This document shows, one piece after another, positions 33,838 through 41,364 of a stretch of 64,000 bases of DNA (position 1 is the first letter of the stretch; every line of letters starts with the position of its first letter). A program made the position numbers and the translations under genes. The stretch is from the IMG/VR virus record IMGVR_UViG_3300035184_001394, positions 1 to 64,000 of that record; one strand, written 5' to 3'. The stretch comes from a virus. Its lineage: Duplodnaviria; Heunggongvirae; Uroviricota; Caudoviricetes. The notes beneath the pieces are model-generated. The model was not told where the DNA came from. It worked only from the letters and a program-made list of their open reading frames with translations, and made no database searches.

Positions 33838-35118
33838 ATGTCTAAAATTAATATCGCTATTGCCGGCGTCGGTAATTGCTCATCAGCACTTATTCAAGGT
33901 GTAGAATACTATAAAGAAAATCCAGAAGATACCATAGGTCTTATGTTTGAAGACATCGGTGGTTTTTCTGCTAAAAACTTTAATTTTGTTGTTGGATTTG
34001 ATGTCGATGCCCGTAAAGTTGGCCAACGATTAAATAACTCAATCTATGCTAAACCAAATTGTAACATGGAAGTATATCCTCCAAGTCATAATTTGACTTG
34101 TATAGCATCTAAATCGACAGTATACAGATCGCCAACATTTGATGGTATAGCACCTCACATGCACGATTTACATCCTGATATATCCTTCGTAGAAGATACA
34201 GAAACTCTGGCTATCACGGCTAATGAATACATTCAAATTCTTAAAGATAACAAAGTTGATGTATTACTTAACTATATGCCAGTTGGTTCTGAAACAGCAG
34301 CTCGTTGGCACATTGAAAATGCTATTCGCGCAGGTGTCCATATTGTTAACTGTATGCCAACATATATATCTACTAAAGATGCAATGGAACTTGAGAGACT
34401 TGCTATCGAACATGGCGTAACAGTTGTTGGTTCTGACATGCGTTCTGATTACGGCGCGTCACGTTTATCTGAGGTGTTACAAGGTTCAATTATGGATTCT
34501 GGATTGTTGGTTACTCAACACATCCAAGAAAACAAAGCTTGTGGAACTACTCAAGGTGATATGCGCCGTACTGGTCGTACTGCAAATACTGACTTCTTAA
34601 ACATGGCAACTAAAGATCGTTTAAAAAATAAACATATCTCTAAAGAAAATGTTTTAAATGGTCAAGCTGCTGTACGTGGTAAAGATATTGCTGGTCTTAC
34701 AATGTATGCTGGTCCGTCACTTACAGTTTTCCAAAAACCAGGTGATGAATACATTGGTTCAGATAATAAGATTGCTAATATTGATATGGTATTCTGGGGA
34801 TGGGCTGGGGCTCGCTATGAATTGACTGCTCGTTTATCTGTTCAAGATTCTCCTAATAGTGCTGGAATTGTATTTGATGCAGTTCGTTTTTGCAAAGTTG
34901 CTGCTGAGATGGGTATTGTTGGTTACTTACGTGGTCCATCGGCACACTCTCAAAAGACACCACCAACTCAGCTAAAAACTGCTGATTCAAAATTCGAATG
35001 CGAAGCATTAGCTCGTAGGATTTTAACTGATCTTACTCGTCCGCAACTCGCCGAAAATTACCCACAAGTTGAAGATTTGCTTTATACATTCCAAGCTGAT
35101 ACTTCAGATTACGAATAA
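33838..35118 (+). CDS. myo-inositol-1-phosphate synthase family enzyme (bacterial Ino1 type)
   Basis: INIAIAGVGNCSSALIQGVEYY, FVVGFDVDARKVG, VDVLLNYMPVGSE, TDFLNM, RLKNKHISK, LSVQDSPNSAGIVFDAVRFCKVA and KTPPTQL are collinear with actinobacterial Ino1 as recalled. Confidence 0.8.
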   Translation: MSKINIAIAGVGNCSSALIQGVEYYKENPEDTIGLMFEDIGGFSAKNFNFVVGFDVDARKVGQRLNNSIYAKPNCNMEVYPPSHNLTCIASKSTVYRSPTFDGIAPHMHDLHPDISFVEDTETLAITANEYIQILKDNKVDVLLNYMPVGSETAARWHIENAIRAGVHIVNCMPTYISTKDAMELERLAIEHGVTVVGSDMRSDYGASRLSEVLQGSIMDSGLLVTQHIQENKACGTTQGDMRRTGRTANTDFLNMATKDRLKNKHISKENVLNGQAAVRGKDIAGLTMYAGPSLTVFQKPGDEYIGSDNKIANIDMVFWGWAGARYELTARLSVQDSPNSAGIVFDAVRFCKVAAEMGIVGYLRGPSAHSQKTPPTQLKTADSKFECEALARRILTDLTRPQLAENYPQVEDLLYTFQADTSDYE

Positions 35119-35132
35119 AGGAAAAATATATT

Positions 35133-35510
35133 ATGAATACTTTTGATATTGATGGTGTGATTTATATGGGTAAAGACCATGACGGCGTTTACCCTGGGCC
35201 GAACGACTTGATTATTACTGGTCGTTCTATTGAAGAAAAACCAGAAACTATTAGGATGCTGCAGCAGAAAGGGATTAATAATAAAGTTTATTTTAATCCC
35301 TTACCATTTAAACAAAAGACCAGAGAAAGTTCTGGTCACCATAAAGCAGACATCATTTCAGCTCTTATTACATTAGGTTGTCCTATAGATATCCACTTTG
35401 AAGATGATCCAATACAAGCTGATATAATCAAAAAGGTTACATCAATTCACGTTGTATTATTAAACCACAACTTAACTGAAAAGGAGAATATGCGCCATGG
35501 GGGATACTGA
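35133..35510 (+). CDS. HAD-superfamily phosphatase (small, capless)
   Basis: Motif I FDIDGV, motif II IITGRS and motif IV HFEDDP. Confidence 0.55.
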   Translation: MNTFDIDGVIYMGKDHDGVYPGPNDLIITGRSIEEKPETIRMLQQKGINNKVYFNPLPFKQKTRESSGHHKADIISALITLGCPIDIHFEDDPIQADIIKKVTSIHVVLLNHNLTEKENMRHGGY

Positions 35511-36240
35511 AATGTATAAAGGCTATAAAATTAGAACAGGCCCGGGTATTGATCGTGATATGATTCGCGATTCACTAAAACATTATAGCCACTTCTCACT
35601 TGATAAAAAATCAGTAGTGCTTGATCTTGGTTCTAATATTGGTGGATTTACTAGGATGGCAAACGAAAAAGAAGTTAAACAATACATAGCAGTAGAACCA
35701 GATCCAGAAAATATGGAATTAACAACTGTTAATTCCATAGACGGAAGTAATAACTTATATTTGTTGGGTGTAGCCTCTATTTCTGAATCAGAACATTTAA
35801 CGTTTTTTCAATCTAATGCTGTAAGATCAAAATGCTCTGGAACTATTAATAGTAAAAGTCAAACAGCTACTAGAAAGAATGGCACTGCATACGATGTTGT
35901 TAATTATAATGTGTATGAACTGTTGGAAAAATATAAACCTACTCATGTCAAATGTGATATAGAAGGAGCAGAAATTGATTGGTTAGCTGATTGCGAAGGT
36001 ATATTTCCAGACTATATTCAGGAGTTGGCGTTTGAGTTGCATGGTAGAGCTGGTATAGTAGAACTCGAGCGATATTACGATAATATAATTGAACATTTTG
36101 AAATAGTTAGTTTTGTTCCATCTGTTGGGTTTAAAGGCAGTTTTAATAAAAAAGACGCTGTACTGTATGAAAAAGTTGGATATACAACAGAAGGTACTTT
36201 GTGGAGCATAGACTTATTCTTGCGTAGAAGAGTAAAATAA
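35497..36240 (+). CDS. FkbM-family SAM-dependent methyltransferase
   Basis: VVLDLGSNIGGFTRMA (motif I), AVEPDPENMELT and HVKCDIEGAEIDWL (FkbM signature iDvEG.E). An alternative start exists at 35512. Confidence 0.7.
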   Translation: MGDTEMYKGYKIRTGPGIDRDMIRDSLKHYSHFSLDKKSVVLDLGSNIGGFTRMANEKEVKQYIAVEPDPENMELTTVNSIDGSNNLYLLGVASISESEHLTFFQSNAVRSKCSGTINSKSQTATRKNGTAYDVVNYNVYELLEKYKPTHVKCDIEGAEIDWLADCEGIFPDYIQELAFELHGRAGIVELERYYDNIIEHFEIVSFVPSVGFKGSFNKKDAVLYEKVGYTTEGTLWSIDLFLRRRVK

Positions 36241-37406
36241 TGATTGATGGTACACATAAATCATACGAAGTACCTAAAGGATTTAAATCTGCTGACTCAA
36301 ATTATCCACTGGATAAATATTTTGATTTGTGCGACGTTGAGAAATTTCTTGACTTTAAATATTTTGTATGCGAAGTTAATAAGAGATCGGAATGGCAAAG
36401 GGGTCTTATTACAACATACGATTATAAAGAGTATGCTCTTAATCCAAATACAGAATACTTTCATCCGATGATTACATACGACGATCGTATGGTTTATATC
36501 GCTGAAAATATAGTAGGATTATCAAGCGACACTTTATCTCTACACAATAAGATTGGTAACACAATTATATCTCACTTCTATGGAGCTAGAGGTATTCACC
36601 AGATTGCCACTCGTAATAATGACGTTAAAACTGCTCATGTTGATTTTGAAAACTATTTTACTACTGACGAGCGCTCTCGTATACGAGAAAATTTAAAACT
36701 TTCAAAAATTGCTGGTTTGCCTATATATGGTTCTACTGAATTGCGTACTTCTCTCTGGGGTGCTGCAAACAAATATCAACAAAGCCGTTTTAATGTTACA
36801 ACCGAAGAAGAAAGAAAGCACCCTGGAAATATTATGGATTGGGTAGCTGGTTTATGCGAAGATGGAACTTTTGATCGTTTAATTAGTTGTAATTCTATTA
36901 AAGAAGCATTTAATGAACTCACTTCTAACGCTGGTATTGGAAGTTATTATGGATTCCATTGTGCTACTTCAAATTCAGTAAACCCTGAGTTGAACTGGAC
37001 TAATGATGATAACTTCGTTAAACCTGGACCTGGTGCTCAATATACTTTAAAGTTGATGTTTCCAAACGCAACAAATAAGTTAATTAACAGTGGCGATCTT
37101 GTTATATGGTTTAGACACAATCAAAAGTTCTTTGGTTTTGGCGATATTGAAATCCATGAATCTGCTCATAATATTTTAAATTTTGAAGGCAAAAAGATTC
37201 TTGAAAAAGATCAAACCGAAATGATGACTTATGGTTCTGAGGTTGCTATGTGCCAATATGGTATTTTTTGTAAGTTGCGCGAAGATAAAAAAGCTTGCGA
37301 TAGACGTAAAGTTGCCCGTATAGGAGATAGAAACATTGAAAAAATGCTAAATATGGCTGAGCAAGAACAAATTTCTCAAGCAGCATTTCAACAATTTTTT
37401 ACATGA
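36240..37406 (+). CDS. alpha-glutamyl/putrescinyl-thymine pyrophosphorylase (aGPT-Pplase)-like putative DNA base hypermodification protein
   Basis: NAGIGSYYGFHCATSNSVNPELNWTNDDNFVKPGPGAQYTL resembles the G.G.F.AYE...DL......D...W...GPGAQRG block I recall from this family. Based on memory only, so tentative. Confidence 0.4.
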   Translation: MIDGTHKSYEVPKGFKSADSNYPLDKYFDLCDVEKFLDFKYFVCEVNKRSEWQRGLITTYDYKEYALNPNTEYFHPMITYDDRMVYIAENIVGLSSDTLSLHNKIGNTIISHFYGARGIHQIATRNNDVKTAHVDFENYFTTDERSRIRENLKLSKIAGLPIYGSTELRTSLWGAANKYQQSRFNVTTEEERKHPGNIMDWVAGLCEDGTFDRLISCNSIKEAFNELTSNAGIGSYYGFHCATSNSVNPELNWTNDDNFVKPGPGAQYTLKLMFPNATNKLINSGDLVIWFRHNQKFFGFGDIEIHESAHNILNFEGKKILEKDQTEMMTYGSEVAMCQYGIFCKLREDKKACDRRKVARIGDRNIEKMLNMAEQEQISQAAFQQFFT

Positions 37407-37413
37407 GGTAAAT

Positions 37414-38517
37414 ATGAAAACAATTATAGCAGCACCATTCATCCCTATGTCGTTTCAGATAACGAGTCATAGGGCAGCACAAGGAATTATATATGCTGAT
37501 TTGCTTAAACACTATCACACAGACGATATTTCAGTAAGCTTATCTAGACCAAGCGTACAAGGTCCCGAAGCTAAAGAATCAAACAAAACAGAAGATTTTA
37601 ACGAATATGATAGATTATATATCTATCATGGTAATGATCGTAAAGCAGACGCTGGTGATCTAAACTTTTTTGGTGGAACTCGAAATTTCCCTCATGCTTA
37701 CAATATTAGAAATATTTCTAAATTTAAAGGTGAAGTTTATTCTATTGGATATGATATGCCTGATTATGCTACTATGTTAGAGCACAAGATTACTGGCCAT
37801 GAAAAGCGAGATGGTACACTTGACACAATGGTTCCTGAATTTCTCGAAGTTGATATTGATAATTTAAGAGCAATGCAAGAAAGAGCGATCACAATTATAC
37901 CACAACATCCTAGTTGGAGCGGTTTAGTGATCGGTGATAGTCATGCTATTTGTATGTATCGTGAAGGATATAATGTTAATTCAGTTCCGTTTAAAACTTT
38001 GTATGGAGCCTTAGAATTAGGCTTAAAAAGTTTCATAAATAAAAATGACATTAAGGATATTGAATGTTACTTTGGTAACATTGATATACGTCATCACATT
38101 TGTAGACAGGACGATCATAAACAAGCTATTAGAGATCTTGTTGATCGTTATGTCGACCAAGTCGATTCTTTGGATATGGAAAGTAAAGTGATCTATGAAC
38201 TATTACCTATCGAAAACGAACGCAGAAATCTTCCAAAAAGCGGATGGTATCTTGGTGAGAAATTTCATGGTACGTGGGCTGAGCGTAACGCAGCAAGACT
38301 TTACTTTAAAGAATACTCAATGAAAAGAGTTCAAGGAACGAGTGTTGAATTTCGTGAATGGCTCACTCCATCGTATTATAATGAATTAGGTGAACTTGAT
38401 TTTAAAGCTATGGAGCGACCAAAATCAGTTCATTTATCTCGTGAATACTATCCTCATTGGCAAGGACTTGAATACAATAAAATTAATAAAACAACAATTG
38501 AGGATTTTTTTCAATGA
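37414..38517 (+). CDS. two-domain protein: unknown N-terminal domain + SGNH/GDSL-hydrolase-like C-terminal domain
   Basis: GLVIGDSHAICMY (GDS block I) at residue ~170 and a later GNIDIRHH. The N-terminal 170 aa have no recognised motif. Confidence 0.35.
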   Translation: MKTIIAAPFIPMSFQITSHRAAQGIIYADLLKHYHTDDISVSLSRPSVQGPEAKESNKTEDFNEYDRLYIYHGNDRKADAGDLNFFGGTRNFPHAYNIRNISKFKGEVYSIGYDMPDYATMLEHKITGHEKRDGTLDTMVPEFLEVDIDNLRAMQERAITIIPQHPSWSGLVIGDSHAICMYREGYNVNSVPFKTLYGALELGLKSFINKNDIKDIECYFGNIDIRHHICRQDDHKQAIRDLVDRYVDQVDSLDMESKVIYELLPIENERRNLPKSGWYLGEKFHGTWAERNAARLYFKEYSMKRVQGTSVEFREWLTPSYYNELGELDFKAMERPKSVHLSREYYPHWQGLEYNKINKTTIEDFFQ

Positions 38518-39740
38518 AGCACGCAACGATCATACCACTTATAGGAGGCGAAGCACTAGCATCTACTGAAGTATTTGGAACTAAACCAGAATACATTTTG
38601 TCTTATAAAGGATTTGAAAACAATGAAAAACACTTACTAAACTATTGGAATAACGAAGTACCCTATCATGTACTTGACGATGAGAACAGTATTGCTCCTA
38701 AAAATATTAATGAGAAAGTTGATGTTATATCGAGTGTCTGTCCTTGTGCTGGATTAAGTCAATATCATTCTAAACACGGAGCTGAAAATCAAAATAACCA
38801 ATGGATGGAGAAAACAGCCAAGCATATTCTAGAAACCGTACAACCGAGTGTATTTTGGGGAGAAAATGCTCCTGCTCTTGTTGGTAAGATCGGTGAGTTT
38901 ATGTTAACTAAACTACGTAAAATTGGCCTCGATAATGGATACTCTATGGGTCTATATCTTACTAAGAATATTAAACATGGTATTCCACAATTTCGTAAAC
39001 GCACTTTCTATTTCTTCTGGAAGAAAAGCGAGTTTGGTGATACTGCACCAATGCTTAAATTTATTAACAAAGAACACACAAAAATTGAAGATGTAATTAT
39101 GAGCGCTACTGGTAGTACACAGTTAGAACCAATTAATTCTAAAATTCCAAGCAAAGACGATCCTTACTATAGATATCTTCTTGAAGTAATTCATGGTGGT
39201 ATTACGCATAGAGAATATTTTGAGTTATTAAAAACTAAAAATGTTCGAGGCAACGATGTAGAATCTATTATTATAAATTCAGGTCACGATTATATGATGG
39301 TTGGTGAATGGATGGAAAAAAATGGATACGACAGAGAAGTTCCAAAATGTGAACGAAAATATCATAAGCTAAAAGATGGTGGCAATATAATGCGACGTGG
39401 CACTATTATTCCTAAAGATTATATTGGAGCTTTTGTTGGTCATTATCCGACAGTTCTTACTCATCCATATGAAGATCGTTATATTAATTATCGCGAAGCA
39501 ATGACTATTATGGGATTACCACAAGATTACGAATTGTTAGACCCTAAAAAATCTGCTAATCATATTTGTCAGAATGTTCCATTACAAACTGCTAAAGATA
39601 TGGTGTTAGAAATTAAAGCTGTTTTCGAAGGAAAGCGCCAATTTTCTGATACTGATTTTTTATTACAATCTAACATAAACGAAACATCCAGAACTTTGAA
39701 TATACCAGATAAAGAGCAAAGTTTAGAATCATTTTTCTGA
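38514..39740 (+). CDS. DNA (cytosine-5) methyltransferase-fold enzyme
   Basis: Motif I-like IIPLIGGE, motif IV SSVCPCAGLSQ (PC dipeptide), motif VI GENAPAL, motif VIII IPQFRKRTFYF and motif X CQNVPLQTA. ATGA overlap with the upstream gene. Confidence 0.7.
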   Translation: MKHATIIPLIGGEALASTEVFGTKPEYILSYKGFENNEKHLLNYWNNEVPYHVLDDENSIAPKNINEKVDVISSVCPCAGLSQYHSKHGAENQNNQWMEKTAKHILETVQPSVFWGENAPALVGKIGEFMLTKLRKIGLDNGYSMGLYLTKNIKHGIPQFRKRTFYFFWKKSEFGDTAPMLKFINKEHTKIEDVIMSATGSTQLEPINSKIPSKDDPYYRYLLEVIHGGITHREYFELLKTKNVRGNDVESIIINSGHDYMMVGEWMEKNGYDREVPKCERKYHKLKDGGNIMRRGTIIPKDYIGAFVGHYPTVLTHPYEDRYINYREAMTIMGLPQDYELLDPKKSANHICQNVPLQTAKDMVLEIKAVFEGKRQFSDTDFLLQSNINETSRTLNIPDKEQSLESFF

Positions 39741-39748
39741 AATGATTG

Positions 39749-39777
39749 TTGACATTTAAACACAAACATGTTATAAT
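39749..39777 (+). promoter_or_regulatory. early sigma70-type promoter
   Basis: TTGACA-17-TATAAT. Confidence 0.75.
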
Positions 39778-39805
39778 ATGGAACATTAGTTAATTGGGGT
39801 AGTAA

Positions 39806-40438
39806 ATGAAAAAAGAATTATTAATAGATTTCGAAACATTAGGAATAAATCCTGAAAATTGCGTAGTACTCGACTGCTCGATTATTATCTTCGACAGAGA
39901 GAGATTCACATCTGATAAACCGTACACAGTAGCGGATATTACTGAAACTAAAACATTTAAAATATCTGTTACTGATCAGGTTAACAATTACAATTATGCT
40001 GTTGAAAACAGTGTTATTGAATTTTGGTCTAAACAAGATAAAGAAGTGCGAGCAAAAATTAAGCCGCTACCAACTGATCTTACTGTTAAGGAATTTACTG
40101 ATCAGTTTCTCAACTTAGTTTCTCAGCACAAAATTAGTTATTGGTGGTCTCGTGGAAACACGTTTGATCCACCTATTCTAACTAGAATTTTTGATGATCA
40201 AGGTAAGAAAAATGAATTAAATAAGAATTTAAAATATTGGGCAGTAAGAGATATGCGCACGTTTATTGACGCAAAACTCGATTTCCCGAAAGAAAATGGT
40301 TTTTCTCCTTTTGAAGATGAAGTAAAATGGGGGAAAATATTTAAAAAGCATGATAGCTCTTGGGATGTTTTAGCTGATGTTTTAAGATTACAAGCGATCG
40401 CGAGAGCCGAAGATGATTTGGAACAAGTGAAATTATGA
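39806..40438 (+). CDS. dexA: exonuclease A (DexA, DEDD 3'-5' exonuclease)
   Basis: LLIDFETLG (ExoI), EFWSKQDKEVRAKI, WWSRGNTFDPPIL, YWAVRDMRTFI and HDSSWDVLADV parallel T4 DexA (IIDFETMG, EWWKNQSPEARKNI, GMSFDFPIL, FWNQRDIRT, HDSIHDCAKD). Confidence 0.8.
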   Translation: MKKELLIDFETLGINPENCVVLDCSIIIFDRERFTSDKPYTVADITETKTFKISVTDQVNNYNYAVENSVIEFWSKQDKEVRAKIKPLPTDLTVKEFTDQFLNLVSQHKISYWWSRGNTFDPPILTRIFDDQGKKNELNKNLKYWAVRDMRTFIDAKLDFPKENGFSPFEDEVKWGKIFKKHDSSWDVLADVLRLQAIARAEDDLEQVKL

Positions 40439-41286
40439 AGATAGAAGCGACAATTGAACAATTAAGAGGAGCATCACTTTTTATTGGCGCACCAATGTAT
40501 GGAGGTAATTGCTCTGGTTTATTCACTAAATCTTGTACTGACTTATCTTCAATATGCGCGCTTAACGGAATTAAATTACAATACTATTTCTTATTCAACG
40601 AAAGTTTAGTTCAAAGAGCGCGAAATTACGTTACTGACGAATTTATGCGTTCTGGTTGTACTCATCTAATGTTTATAGACTCAGACATTGGTTTCGATGC
40701 TAGAGATGTTCTACACTTATTAAGCCTTCAGATATTAGATCCCAAGTATGATGTAATAACTGGACCTTATCCTAAGAAAACAATAGCTTGGGAAAAAGTT
40801 AGTAAAGCAGCTAAACTCGGCCATGGCGCAGAAAACCCCTTTGAATTAGAGAAATTTACAGCTGATTTCGTATTCAACCCAGAAGACAATAAAAATAGTT
40901 TTAATCTCGGTGAACCAATTAAAGTTAAAGAAGCAGGAACTGGTTTCATGTTAATTCCTCGCGTAACTCTTGAAAAATATCAAGAAGCTTATCCTGAAAT
41001 GAATTACAAACCAGACCACTTGCGATCTGAATCTTTTGACGGAGCTCGTAATATTACAGCATTTTTTGATTGTATTATAGACCCTAAGACGAAACGTTAT
41101 TTGTCTGAAGATTATTTCTTTTGTCATAAGACTCGTGAAGCTGGGATGAGTGTTTGGATGTGCCCTTGGATGCAAATCAACCATGTTGGTTCTTATATAT
41201 TTAGAGGCAATATGGCTGCGATTACTCAGTTGGGTGTTACTGCAACAGCAGACAATTCTGGTCAAAAGAAGAATTATAAAAAATAA
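40435..41286 (+). CDS. GT-A-fold glycosyltransferase-like protein
   Basis: Rossmann-like N-terminus (LFIGAPMYGG), NESLVQRARN and DxD motif THLMFIDSDIGF. ATGA overlap with dexA. Confidence 0.5.
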   Translation: MKIEATIEQLRGASLFIGAPMYGGNCSGLFTKSCTDLSSICALNGIKLQYYFLFNESLVQRARNYVTDEFMRSGCTHLMFIDSDIGFDARDVLHLLSLQILDPKYDVITGPYPKKTIAWEKVSKAAKLGHGAENPFELEKFTADFVFNPEDNKNSFNLGEPIKVKEAGTGFMLIPRVTLEKYQEAYPEMNYKPDHLRSESFDGARNITAFFDCIIDPKTKRYLSEDYFFCHKTREAGMSVWMCPWMQINHVGSYIFRGNMAAITQLGVTATADNSGQKKNYKK

Positions 41287-41302
41287 TTCATAAATAAAAA
41301 CG

Positions 41303-41331
41303 TTGACATGTACATAAATGTGTTATATAAT
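41303..41331 (+). promoter_or_regulatory. early sigma70-type promoter
   Basis: TTGACA-17-TATAAT upstream of gene 45. Confidence 0.75.
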
Positions 41332-41364
41332 ATCTAACTAATAAACAAATAGGAATACAATATC

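Noticed and set aside
40951-41265. A 104-aa minus-strand ORF. The related ORFs 40198-40461, 40341-40526 and 40767-40949 fall in the same category.
   Set aside because: They are antisense to the dexA and glycosyltransferase genes and have no promoter cassette.
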